A stretch of DNA of 32,252 bases from an uncultured Ignavibacteriales bacterium (GCA_964464605.1 CAYXJN010000007.1:186001-218252), one strand, 5' to 3'; counted from the first letter of the stretch, positions 7,542-16,584 are shown. Translations and numbers: made by a program. The notes: generated by a model not told the origin, from the sequence alone.

Positions 7542-9275
7542 TTAAGTCTCTTTGTTGTGCAATTCAAATTTTAAATTGAGCTTCTGTTCTAAAACTTCCT
7601 TTAGCCTAATTATCTGAATTTTATGAGCTAAACGATTCGAATCTAAGAAGTAAATACTATGACCTTCCTTATCTTTCGCAAATTTCAACTTTCTGACATC
7701 TCCATCTTCAATACCAACAAATTCGATGTCAGGAGCAACACTTTTATCAAAATCCCAACACACAACCCATCTCAAATATCGAAATGCATGGTTGAACTGT
7801 TTGTTGCTCAACAAGTACTTAAGCTCAACATAACTATACTCGCCCTCAATGATTGGGTTTCCGGTCCGATTCCGTGCAATAACATCAATCCCACGAGTTG
7901 TATTGTAATCTAGTGGTTCAAACTCGAATAGCTCTGGGCATAAAGTATTGATTGTTATAAAGAGTCCGAACAATTCAGATTCATTTGATGGTTCGATAAA
8001 AACACTATCGCCAAACTTTGAACTTTTTCTTTTTCCAAGGTTTTTCTTTCTTCGTTCAAATTCAGCTTTTTCCTGTTCTAAAGTACGAAATTCTTGCTGC
8101 CAATTTTTTAGCGTAAAAAGCTCTTTCTTGTTAGATTCAATATCAATTTGCTCAATTAGTCTTTCAACAGAAGAACGTATTTCATCTAATATTTTAGGGT
8201 CCGAGTTTGCAATATCTCCACGATTAGCTGTCAATTTGAAACGCTGGCAATTCACGAAGCCATGTAATAATACATAGGCTCCAGAGCCGGTTCCAAAACC
8301 AGAAACCCAATCATTTCTTCTAACAATCGGAATATAGTCTTTACATAGCCACAACCCGTAACGATCTCTTACCAGATATCTACCTGTATCTTTCCGCCTC
8401 CGATCACCTAACATAGGATTGTATGCTCTCTTTATAGCATCCCCTTCGACAGAAATAACTACATCGAAGGTTACATGAGGATGATTTTGTAATCGCTGCT
8501 CTTTCCAAATGTATCGTTTTACATAATAGTCTGCCGCATCGGTCCCTCGTTCCTCAAAGAGTCTATTGAGATCTGAGCTTTCGTCGGGGAATTTGTGACC
8601 AAACGTTATAGGTTCGGCATCTTTCTGCCAATCTAAGCATTTCAAATAGATTTTAAACTCTCCAAGACGGTCTATATCAAGAAGCAATTCAATCGAGCCA
8701 ACTTTGGTAAACCAAAGTATATAATCTTTTACCAATTCTTGGCGATATTTAGAGCATTCATTATCATTGTACCCAATTATCTTAACTTCTGTGCCAGTAT
8801 GGGACCAATGATTGTCAGTTGGTCGAATCCGAGGTTGATGTAATTGATTTCGGGCAAGAAAACTAAGTGGTCTGTCACATTCAGAAAGAAATGCACCTTC
8901 CGCACATTGAGTTTTAACGATAACTTTTTCAGAACGCAGAAAAATTTTGGTTCCGTGACCTTTTTCCCCAATTGCATCTGATCGCCCTTTCGACTCAGAG
9001 AAACCTAATCCCCAAAAAGATTTTTCAAGCCGATTTCTATTCATCCCATCGCCATTATCTCTTATTGTTATAACAGATCGATCGACTCCTTCTATGGATT
9101 CTACAGCAAATTCAATAGACATTTCTGTAGCATGATGATCAATAGAGTTAGAAATAGCCTCTCGTAATAGTTCTAACGGATCGCCAAAATCATTAACAAT
9201 TTCATAAAATTCTGCCTCTGAATTAACGGCAGGATAGATTGATTCCCAAAGTTCTTCGTCCCTAACTCCGCTCAT
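7542..9275 (-). CDS. GHKL (HSP90/MORC-like) ATPase fused via a coiled coil to a C-terminal PD-(D/E)xK nuclease-like domain
   Basis: Bergerat-fold motifs REAISNSID, DNGDGM, GEKGHGTK and GTEV. Coiled coil RTLEQEKAEFERRKK. Nuclease-like PSNESEL...GIDVI...YVELK. The gene is visibly AT-richer than its flanks. Confidence 0.8.
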   Translation of the reverse strand: MSGVRDEELWESIYPAVNSEAEFYEIVNDFGDPLELLREAISNSIDHHATEMSIEFAVESIEGVDRSVITIRDNGDGMNRNRLEKSFWGLGFSESKGRSDAIGEKGHGTKIFLRSEKVIVKTQCAEGAFLSECDRPLSFLARNQLHQPRIRPTDNHWSHTGTEVKIIGYNDNECSKYRQELVKDYILWFTKVGSIELLLDIDRLGEFKIYLKCLDWQKDAEPITFGHKFPDESSDLNRLFEERGTDAADYYVKRYIWKEQRLQNHPHVTFDVVISVEGDAIKRAYNPMLGDRRRKDTGRYLVRDRYGLWLCKDYIPIVRRNDWVSGFGTGSGAYVLLHGFVNCQRFKLTANRGDIANSDPKILDEIRSSVERLIEQIDIESNKKELFTLKNWQQEFRTLEQEKAEFERRKKNLGKRKSSKFGDSVFIEPSNESELFGLFITINTLCPELFEFEPLDYNTTRGIDVIARNRTGNPIIEGEYSYVELKYLLSNKQFNHAFRYLRWVVCWDFDKSVAPDIEFVGIEDGDVRKLKFAKDKEGHSIYFLDSNRLAHKIQIIRLKEVLEQKLNLKFELHNKET

Positions 9276-9325
9276 AAAAAATCTCTTTCAAAAAAAGTTT
9301 CTGCCAAACCGAACAGAAGTTAAAC

Positions 9326-10009
9326 TCAGATTTTGTTTTTGGGCAAGTCGATACTTTGAACAATCTCCGGCCGCAAGTATACGAACATCCCTTTCTTTCC
9401 GGATTTTGCGGCTGCTATCATCGCCTGCGCGACAACACGTCCTTCGGTTGGAAGATATTTTTGCCACCGCTTCGGATAAACTCCTTTAAGTAGATTCCCC
9501 ACCCAAATCGCAAACTCCTCTTTGAGGCGTTTCTTTTCCTGACGACCTGCTAACAGAGAGGGCTGGAAAATATGGAGGGAATCATAGCCGAGTTTTTTGA
9601 TTTCCTGTTCGACTTCCCCCTTCATCTGCAGGTACGCAAACCGGGAATTGATATCCGCGTCGATCGCCGATACAATCAGATATTGCTTCGCGCCGTTTTG
9701 CCTGCCGAGTTTGGCTGCTTCCAGCGGATACAACACATCCACTTTCCGGTACTGCTCCGGATCCGGCGTATCTTTGGTGGTGGAACCAAGACAGCAGAAA
9801 ATGTCATCCACCGCGAAATGCGATTTGTATTGTTCCATCCGGTCGAAATCGACAACAAGCTCAGTCAATTTCGGATGAGCCGGAAAAAACGACTTACGAA
9901 CCAGCGCCGTCACTTTCGAATAGGCTGAATCTTCCAATAGTAAAGACACAACGTGTCCCCCGATAAGACCGGTTGAACCGATAAGGAGGGCTGTTCGCTG
10001 GGAAGACAT
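9326..10009 (-). CDS. NAD(P)-binding oxidoreductase, TIP30/HTATIP2 (YraR-like) family
   Basis: GSTGLIG Rossmann motif, FCCLGST, YLQMKGEVE and IFQPSLL. Confidence 0.88.
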   Translation of the reverse strand: MSSQRTALLIGSTGLIGGHVVSLLLEDSAYSKVTALVRKSFFPAHPKLTELVVDFDRMEQYKSHFAVDDIFCCLGSTTKDTPDPEQYRKVDVLYPLEAAKLGRQNGAKQYLIVSAIDADINSRFAYLQMKGEVEQEIKKLGYDSLHIFQPSLLAGRQEKKRLKEEFAIWVGNLLKGVYPKRWQKYLPTEGRVVAQAMIAAAKSGKKGMFVYLRPEIVQSIDLPKNKI

Positions 10010-10105
10010 GGCCTAAGATACACTTTCAGACATGCAAAACGAGTCAAAAAAATGACCGGAAATTGCTCGGAACTAATTGCTTGTCCGAGGGTTAGAATGT
10101 AGCAT

Positions 10106-12271
10106 ATGCGGCTAATGACCCCACGAATTTCACAACTTGCCCTAGCCGCATGCGCCATTCTTTGGCTTATTTCCCCCATTTTACAGGCAAAACCGGTCGA
10201 TGCCGGTCATGTAACCGCCGAATTAGTCCCTCAAAACTCAGCCTTAGCCCCGGGTGAACCGTTTGCCATCGCCTTAAAACTGACCATCGACAGCGGCTGG
10301 CATGTGAACTGGATTAACCCCGGTGATGCCGGTCTTGCGCCGGAAATCGAATGGGAATTGCCCGAAGGATTCACCGCCGGGGATATCCAATGGGCATACC
10401 CGCACAAATTGCCGCTTCACCCCTTCATGGGTTTCGGATACGAAGAAAAAATTCTCTTTCCCGTTGTTATCACCCCGTCCAATGCGATCTCAGAAAGCAG
10501 CATTACGATTCGCGCACATGCCGAATGGTTAGTTTGCCGTGAGGAATGCGTTCCGGAAGAAGCGAATTTAGAGTTCACGATGTCTGTTGATCCGGCAGGC
10601 GCAACGCAGCCTTCCGCATGGCATGATGAATTCACCGCAACGTATCGTGATTTTCCGGTAACGCCGACCGGATGGCAATTCAGCACCGCAATCGATGACA
10701 CCAGTTTTTTAGTAACGATGACGCCGCCGGAGGGATTTATCCCTTCCTTTTCCGATGTTTTTCTTTTTCCGCAGGAGAAAGGAATAATTGAGAATGCATT
10801 GCCGCAGATTCTAACAACCGACGGGGAAACCTATCAACTTCTTGTTCAGCGCAACCGGATGGTGCATGATAATCCGGAAAAATTTACGGTCGTTCTTGTC
10901 GCTGATGCTCCCTGGCTGCCAAACTCCGATGCCAAAGCAATAACGACTGTTTTGTCCCCGGGAGCAGAATTGGCTCCGATCGCAGGTACGACAACGAATT
11001 CAAACAGTTCCGTTTCCAGCCTCTGGCTCGCGTTAGTGTTGGCCTTTGCAGGTGGGTTGATTCTTAATCTGATGCCGTGCGTGCTACCGGTCTTATCGCT
11101 CAAAGTATTTGGTATTATTCACAGCGCACAGCAGGCTAAATCGACGGTGATTCGGCACGGACTATTGTTCACCCTCGGTGTGCTGTTGTCATTCTGGATT
11201 TTAGCCGGAACATTGATTTTGCTGCAAGCAGGGGGTGAACAGTTAGGATGGGGCTTTCAGTTGCAGTCTCCTGCCTTTATTGTCGTGTTAACCTCGCTGT
11301 TGTTTGTTTTCGGATTGAATCTATTAGGCGTGTTTGAAATCGGTACATCTTTAACCGCGCTCGGACAAAAAGGTGAACATTCAAATGGAAATCTTTCTTC
11401 GTTTTTTAACGGTGTTCTCGCGACTATCGTTGCCACCCCTTGCACCGCGCCGTTTATGGGTTCTGCGCTCGGTTACTCTCTCAGTCAACCACCATTCGTT
11501 GCGATGTTGATTTTCACCGCGCTTGGGCTTGGTATGGCCGCACCATATTTGGTAATCTCATTTGTTCCTAACTTAGCCAAACTGCTGCCGAAACCGGGCG
11601 CATGGATGGAAACCCTCAAACAGGTCATGGGCTTCCTGTTGTTAGCCACGGTTATCTGGCTTTTATATGTACTAAGCCAACAGATCGACAGTCTGGCCAT
11701 ATCCCTTTTCTTAGGCTGCCTTTTACTTTTAGGTATCGCCGGATGGATTTTGGGACGTTGGGGAACGCTGATGACCGACAATGGACCCAGAAAAACGGCA
11801 AAAATTATCGCGACGACTATCGCAATCGCATCAGTCATATGTGGAATTTATATAACCGGTCTGGCCGGACCATCCAGTTCATTAGCCCATGAATCCGAAG
11901 GGGTTCCGCTTGCCTGGCAGCCTTTTTCCCCGTCCGAACTGGAGCGTTTGCGACAGGCCAACAAACCGGTTTTTATCGACTTTACCGCCGCATGGTGCCT
12001 AAGTTGTAAAGTCAACGAACGCATTGCTTTGTATAACGATCAGGTAGTCGCGGCCTTTAAAGAACGCGGCATTACAACAATGAAAGCTGACTGGACAAAC
12101 CGTGATGCCACCATCGCCCAAACGCTGGCCGCTTATGGCCGGAATTCGGTGCCGTTGTATTTGTATTTTAACGCGGGTATGGCGGAACCGATAGTGTTGC
12201 CGGAAATTTTGACGCCGGGAATTGTCCTTGATGCCTTACAAGAAACTAAAGAAGATATACAATACGACTAA
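10106..12271 (+). CDS. dsbD: DsbD-family thiol:disulfide interchange protein (N-terminal Ig-like, TM and thioredoxin domains)
   Basis: Signal peptide, GWHVNWINPGDAG, CREEC, LNLMPCVLPVLSLK, ATPCTAPFMG, LPKPGAWM and DFTAAWCLSCKVNE. Confidence 0.92.
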   Translation: MRLMTPRISQLALAACAILWLISPILQAKPVDAGHVTAELVPQNSALAPGEPFAIALKLTIDSGWHVNWINPGDAGLAPEIEWELPEGFTAGDIQWAYPHKLPLHPFMGFGYEEKILFPVVITPSNAISESSITIRAHAEWLVCREECVPEEANLEFTMSVDPAGATQPSAWHDEFTATYRDFPVTPTGWQFSTAIDDTSFLVTMTPPEGFIPSFSDVFLFPQEKGIIENALPQILTTDGETYQLLVQRNRMVHDNPEKFTVVLVADAPWLPNSDAKAITTVLSPGAELAPIAGTTTNSNSSVSSLWLALVLAFAGGLILNLMPCVLPVLSLKVFGIIHSAQQAKSTVIRHGLLFTLGVLLSFWILAGTLILLQAGGEQLGWGFQLQSPAFIVVLTSLLFVFGLNLLGVFEIGTSLTALGQKGEHSNGNLSSFFNGVLATIVATPCTAPFMGSALGYSLSQPPFVAMLIFTALGLGMAAPYLVISFVPNLAKLLPKPGAWMETLKQVMGFLLLATVIWLLYVLSQQIDSLAISLFLGCLLLLGIAGWILGRWGTLMTDNGPRKTAKIIATTIAIASVICGIYITGLAGPSSSLAHESEGVPLAWQPFSPSELERLRQANKPVFIDFTAAWCLSCKVNERIALYNDQVVAAFKERGITTMKADWTNRDATIAQTLAAYGRNSVPLYLYFNAGMAEPIVLPEILTPGIVLDALQETKEDIQYD

Positions 12272-12312
12272 TAGAGCAGTTATAACATTCTCATTACAAG
12301 AGGTAAAAAACA

Positions 12313-12984
12313 ATGAAAACGTTCTTGAAACTCGCACTCGCTGCCGTTTCACTCTGCGCTGTTGCAGCTGTATACGCGCATGACGGCCATGACCATGCTA
12401 CTCCTGCTGCCGCTAAAACCGAAACACCGGCCCCTGCCGTTGCTATCGGAAAAGCTGCTCCGGATTTCACGTTGACCGATCCGAGCGGCATCAAACATTC
12501 TCTGTCCACCTACAAAGGAAAGTATGTGGTACTGGAATGGGTTAACTTCGATTGTCCGTTCGTACGTAAATTCTATGGTTCCGGTACTATGCAGCAATTA
12601 CAGGCCGATATGACCAAAGACAGCGTTATTTGGCTTTCAATCTGCTCATCTGCTCCCGGCATGCAGGGTAATTTCAGCGGTGAAGCGCTTACCACCCGCA
12701 TCAAAGAAGAAAAAGTTCATAACACCGCGTATTTGATCGATGAAGCCGGTACTGTCGGCCGTTTGTACGGCGCCAAAACCACCCCGCATATGTTCATCAT
12801 CAATCCGGAAGGCAATTTGGTCTATGCCGGTGCTATCGATAACAAGCCCTCTCCGAAACCGGAAGATATCGCGGAAGCAACCAACTATGTTCGCGCCGCC
12901 TTTGTCTCACTTAAGTCAGGCAAGCCTGTTGAAACCTCAGCCACCGATCCGTACGGCTGTTCAGTAAAATATAATAAGCAGTAG
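12313..12984 (+). CDS. exported thioredoxin-fold redoxin (AhpC/TSA family)
   Basis: Signal peptide, APDFTL, VVLEWVNFDCPFV, YGAKTTPHMF, YAGAIDN and YGCSVKY; SD GAGG. Confidence 0.9.
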   Translation: MKTFLKLALAAVSLCAVAAVYAHDGHDHATPAAAKTETPAPAVAIGKAAPDFTLTDPSGIKHSLSTYKGKYVVLEWVNFDCPFVRKFYGSGTMQQLQADMTKDSVIWLSICSSAPGMQGNFSGEALTTRIKEEKVHNTAYLIDEAGTVGRLYGAKTTPHMFIINPEGNLVYAGAIDNKPSPKPEDIAEATNYVRAAFVSLKSGKPVETSATDPYGCSVKYNKQ

Positions 12985-13003
12985 TAATCGGAGACTCTGC
13001 ACT

Positions 13004-13040
13004 AAAACGCCCGCTGCGCTCTACAGCGGGCGTTTTTTTT
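13004..13040 (+). terminator. intrinsic terminator of dsbD-redoxin
   Basis: AAAACGCCCGCTG-cgctcta-CAGCGGGCGTTTT continuing into a T tract (T8 in total). Confidence 0.9.
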
Positions 13041-13111
13041 GTCTGTACCCTTTCGTTGACAGTACCAATACAAATCACGATGTTACTCTCATACAAAACG
13101 AGGAGGATACT

Positions 13112-13609
13112 ATGGCTCAGAATTTTTCATTCGATATTGTCTCAAAAGTCGATTTGAACGAAGTGCAGAACGCCGTCAATCAGGCGACCAAAGAGATTGC
13201 CCAGCGATACGATTTCAAAGGAAGTATCAGCGAAATCACGCTCAAAAAAGAAGAGAATGAACTCGATATTCATTCCGACGATGAACTCAAACTTCGCAAC
13301 GTGTTCGATATTTTGAAAGAACGTTTGGTCAAACGGGGTGTGTCTCTCAAAGCGCTCACACCCGGTACGGTTGAGCCGGCCGCGTCCGGTACCGTAAAGC
13401 AGAAAATCACGATTCAATCCGGTATCGAAACGGAAAAATGCAAAGAGATCGTGAAGTTTATCAAAGATTCAAAAATCAAAGTGCAGGCGGCTATTCAGCA
13501 GGGACAGATCCGCGTTTCCGGCCCCAAGAAAGATGACTTACAGACTGTGATGGGGAAACTGCGGGAAGTTGATTTCAAAATTCATATGGAATTTTCGAAT
13601 TATCGGTAA
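13112..13609 (+). CDS. yajQ: YajQ family nucleotide (c-di-GMP)-binding protein
   Basis: SFDIVSKVDLNEVQNAVNQ, RYDFKGS, KVQAAIQ, RVSGPKKDDLQ and NYR end; SD GAGGAGG. Confidence 0.95.
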   Translation: MAQNFSFDIVSKVDLNEVQNAVNQATKEIAQRYDFKGSISEITLKKEENELDIHSDDELKLRNVFDILKERLVKRGVSLKALTPGTVEPAASGTVKQKITIQSGIETEKCKEIVKFIKDSKIKVQAAIQQGQIRVSGPKKDDLQTVMGKLREVDFKIHMEFSNYR

Positions 13610-13614
13610 TAGAA

Positions 13615-14595
13615 TCAGGCGACTGCCGCCCGCTGGCGAAACGCCTCGACATAGCCGAGCGCATCCGTAACCGTATCTACCTGCTCAAGCTGCATCCGCA
13701 GCTCTTTTGCCCCGTCGAATCCGGTGGCATACGAGCGCAGGTGTTTCCGCATCGAAACAAACCTTCGCTCCTCTCCGAACATCTCCGCGAAAAGATTCGC
13801 ATGCTCGCAGATAGCATCCAGCCGCTCATCCATTGTAATCGATTCCGGCCGTCGTTCACGATTAAACAACCACGGGTTGCCGAAAATTGCACGACCCAGC
13901 ATGACGCCGTCGATTCCGGTTTCTTCAACAAGCTGTTTCGCCTGATCGAGCGATTTAACATCCCCGTTGCCGAGCAAAATCGTACCCGATGCTTTCGCAA
14001 GTACCGCAACTCTGTGCATCAATTCCCAATGAGCCGGTACGAGCGACATCTCTTTGGCCGTTCGCAAATGAATAGTCAATGCGGCTGGCTCTGTTTCTAA
14101 AATCTGCGGGATCCACTCATCGATGGTTTCTTTATTGTATCCGATACGAGTTTTTACTGAAACCGGCAAACCGGAACCTTCTTTTGCTGCCTGAACGATT
14201 TCTTTCGCCAAAGTCGGATTTTTTATGAGTGCAGCACAGGAACCATTGCTTACTATTGCTTTAACCGGACAGCCCATATTGATATCGATACCATCGAATC
14301 CAAGTTCCTGCAACAACTGGGCAGTCTTTACGAACAACTCCGGTTTTTTACCGAAAATCTGCGCAACAATCGGCCGTTCGATCGGCGCATATTTTAAATG
14401 AATCAGCAGATTTTCCTTACCGCGGGAACAGAGTCCGTCGCAGGAGACAAACTCGGTGAACATGACATCCGGTTTCCCATGCTTGGCGATCAGATACCGA
14501 TAAACGCAGTCGGTTACTTCGTGCATCGGCGCCAAAGCGAAAATGGGGCGGTTCAGCTTTCCCCAAAATCCGAGGTTTTTGGTTGTTGCGGTCAT
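13615..14595 (-). CDS. dus: tRNA-dihydrouridine synthase (DusB-like)
   Basis: Motifs LAPMHEVTD, IDINMGCP, VSVKTRIG, GNGDV and GVMLGRAIFGNPW. Confidence 0.93.
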   Translation of the reverse strand: MTATTKNLGFWGKLNRPIFALAPMHEVTDCVYRYLIAKHGKPDVMFTEFVSCDGLCSRGKENLLIHLKYAPIERPIVAQIFGKKPELFVKTAQLLQELGFDGIDINMGCPVKAIVSNGSCAALIKNPTLAKEIVQAAKEGSGLPVSVKTRIGYNKETIDEWIPQILETEPAALTIHLRTAKEMSLVPAHWELMHRVAVLAKASGTILLGNGDVKSLDQAKQLVEETGIDGVMLGRAIFGNPWLFNRERRPESITMDERLDAICEHANLFAEMFGEERRFVSMRKHLRSYATGFDGAKELRMQLEQVDTVTDALGYVEAFRQRAAVA

Positions 14596-14603
14596 AGATG
14601 AGT

Positions 14604-14632
14604 AATATAGTCAACGAAGCATTTAACGGCAA
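14604..14632 (-). promoter_or_regulatory. sigma70-type promoter of dus, leaderless or near-leaderless
   Basis: TTGCCG-17 nt-TATATT, then 8 nt to the ATG, with no SD. Confidence 0.55.
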
Positions 14633-14661
14633 ATCGCCGTTGATGTAGAGAAGGAGTTAGG

Positions 14662-14907
14662 CTGGATCAGATTCTGCAAATTATCGGCGCGTTGTTGATA
14701 CTCGCCGGATATGCCCTCGGTCAGTTCAAAGTTCTCAAAACTGATTCACTTACCTATTTGCTGTTGAACTTTGTTGGCTCAATAATTCTGACTCTGTTAG
14801 CCTGGCTTACGAATCAGTGGGGATTCTTTCTTTTAGAAGGGGTCTGGGCGCTTATCTCACTTTGGGGGCTTTTCAAATTCTTTCAGACAAAAAATAATCG
14901 GGTTTAG
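14662..14907 (+). CDS. small membrane protein, CBU_0592-like family (probable CTG start)
   Basis: Three hydrophobic helices with YLLLNFVGS and LLEGVWALIS. The frame extends upstream of TTG 14692 as CTG-DQILQIIGA, with AAGGAG at 14651-14656. Confidence 0.7.
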   Translation: MDQILQIIGALLILAGYALGQFKVLKTDSLTYLLLNFVGSIILTLLAWLTNQWGFFLLEGVWALISLWGLFKFFQTKNNRV

Positions 14908-14955
14908 TTGTTACGCCAAACCCGATCGGAGCAGAAGACGTGACAAAAGGTAGTT

Positions 14956-15681
14956 TTATTTACTGTTCGTCGTTACTTGCCCACCCTGCGATAATCCGAC
15001 GCCGTTTTTCGTAGCGGCACGGTAGATGGAAAAATGCTCCATTTCGATATGGAAGTTCCCGTCGATATCTTTGAGAATAGTTCCCTGCATATCCCATTTT
15101 CCCGTGTCAGGATTAAAGTACAACCAGAAAATTTCATCCGCTGGAGAGCCATCCGATTTTTTAAACAACGATCCGGAAAGAATTAATTCTGCTTTTTGGG
15201 AAAACTGCAAACCATGCGGACTGAAATGATACTCGCGAACATCCAACCCCATCACGGCAAGTGAATAAGAAGTAATTTGAATAGTTGTATCGCTCTGAAT
15301 AGAGCCGGGTCTGACTTCGAAACTACCGACAACTTCATCCCCGTTATGCAACATAATTGAACCGCCGCTGTGTCTGATAATCCGCTTCTCATCGACAACT
15401 GAGGGAAACGTTGGAGGGAGATCGACGACTATTGTCGAGGTATCAAGACCGACCCCTTTTCCTTTGACCGGAATAGCGATTCCACTGCTATCTATAACCG
15501 GCGGCATGAGCGATTGTACGACCACAATCTGCTCGATTTCATCTTCTTTTTGAGCTTGAACTATTCGGGAAATATCCCGCGAGCAGCTGACAAAGTGAAT
15601 ACCGACCACGTTAACGCCCAGACAAAATACTATCCAGGTCGTTGCGTTTACGATGCTGTTTTTCTTTAGTCCGAAGATCAT
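14956..15681 (-). CDS. putative lipoprotein with ZU5-like domain and C-terminal HFS motif (paralog 2)
   Basis: Lipobox-like FVSC; GGSI, FEVRPGSI..DTTIQI, FSPHGLQF, WLYFNPDTGKWD and HFSIY. Confidence 0.7.
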   Translation of the reverse strand: MIFGLKKNSIVNATTWIVFCLGVNVVGIHFVSCSRDISRIVQAQKEDEIEQIVVVQSLMPPVIDSSGIAIPVKGKGVGLDTSTIVVDLPPTFPSVVDEKRIIRHSGGSIMLHNGDEVVGSFEVRPGSIQSDTTIQITSYSLAVMGLDVREYHFSPHGLQFSQKAELILSGSLFKKSDGSPADEIFWLYFNPDTGKWDMQGTILKDIDGNFHIEMEHFSIYRAATKNGVGLSQGGQVTTNSK

Positions 15682-15696
15682 ATGCTTTCTTTCTTT

Positions 15697-15728
15697 TATC
15701 GGGTTCGGCGATTACGTCGAACCCGATA
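15697..15728. other. strong intergenic hairpin between the two ZU5-like genes
   Basis: TATCGGGTTCGGCG-atta-CGTCGAACCCGATA, a 14-bp stem with one imperfect pair. It is not followed by a U tract on either strand. Confidence 0.7.
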
Positions 15729-15751
15729 GTATCAGGGCATGATGAAAGGAC

Positions 15752-16495
15752 CTATTTAGCGTTCGTTTGCGGTTTGACCTGTCCACCCTGTGAAATACCG
15801 ATACCACTCTTCGTGGCGGCGCGATAGGTTGAGAAGTGCGAAACCGGAACGTAGAAATTTCCGTCTATCGCTCGCGGAACAAGGGTATTCAACTCCCATT
15901 TTCCGTTGAGCGGATTCAAGTATAACCAAAGCAATTCGGTCGGGAGTATTCCGTTGTTATCGGCAAATAATGAAGCCGGCAATTTCACTGTTGCCGAGCG
16001 ATTGAATTTCAAGCCATCCGGGCTGAATTGATATTCACGAATCGCCAGACCTAACACTTCAAGTGAAAATGAACGGACAGTGATCGTCGTATCTTTCGGT
16101 ATTGCGTTCGCCGGTACTTGGAATTCACCGACTACTTCACCACCACAACGCAGATAAATGGTACCGCCACTATTTTTCGTAACACGGGCGCTATCGACGC
16201 CACATGGCGGAAGCAACAAATTATGAACGCTGTCGACGACTGAACCAAGCCCGGTTTTGATTCCGTTGACAATGCCGCCGATAAGCGGAGGTGCGGAGGT
16301 TACGGCGGTTGCATCCGTCACCTGCGGAATCGAATTATTCGCGTCAATAATCTGCGTGATTTGCTGATCCTCAGCGGAACCGATCATCCGGTTCGGATCA
16401 CGGGAACAGCTTATCTGCAGTATTACCGCTAACAATAGACTGGTTAACAGAACCCCCCAGGTGAACACGCTCAAATGTCGCTTTTTCGGGTTCAT
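15752..16495 (-). CDS. putative lipoprotein with ZU5-like domain and C-terminal HFS motif (paralog 1)
   Basis: Start MNPKKRH (16495) after AAGGAG/GCAGGT. Lipobox-like QISC; GGTI, FQVPANAI..DTTITV, FSPDGLKF, WLYLNPLNGKWE and HFSTY. The longer ORF-track start would overlap the promoter. Confidence 0.72.
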   Translation of the reverse strand: MNPKKRHLSVFTWGVLLTSLLLAVILQISCSRDPNRMIGSAEDQQITQIIDANNSIPQVTDATAVTSAPPLIGGIVNGIKTGLGSVVDSVHNLLLPPCGVDSARVTKNSGGTIYLRCGGEVVGEFQVPANAIPKDTTITVRSFSLEVLGLAIREYQFSPDGLKFNRSATVKLPASLFADNNGILPTELLWLYLNPLNGKWELNTLVPRAIDGNFYVPVSHFSTYRAATKSGIGISQGGQVKPQTNAK

Positions 16496-16549
16496 CGTAC
16501 CTGCTCGCTCCTTATATGGCTGTTTCTTGCTCATACTGAAACAGTAGGT

Positions 16550-16567
16550 ATGCAACTGCTTTGCCGG
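16550..16567 (-). promoter_or_regulatory. sigma54 (-24/-12) promoter
   Basis: Minus strand CCGGCAAAGCAGTTGCAT = GG-N10-GC, against the consensus TGGCAC-N5-TTGCW. Confidence 0.7.
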
Positions 16568-16571
16568 GTGG

Positions 16572-16584
16572 TAACTCATTGATA
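16572..16584 (-). promoter_or_regulatory. IHF-binding consensus site
   Basis: TATCAATGAGTTA matches WATCAANNNNTTR exactly, immediately upstream of the -24 element. Confidence 0.6.

Noticed and set aside
7535..9325. Target-site duplication or att sites around the GHKL-nuclease gene (CAGAAATTTAA vs CAGAAGTTAAA)
   Set aside because: The match is short, imperfect and AT-rich, so it is expected by chance; no recombinase is nearby.
16496..16579. N-terminal extension of ZU5 paralog 1 given by the ORF track
   Set aside because: It overlaps the sigma54 and IHF sites; the signal peptide and SD point to ATG 16495.
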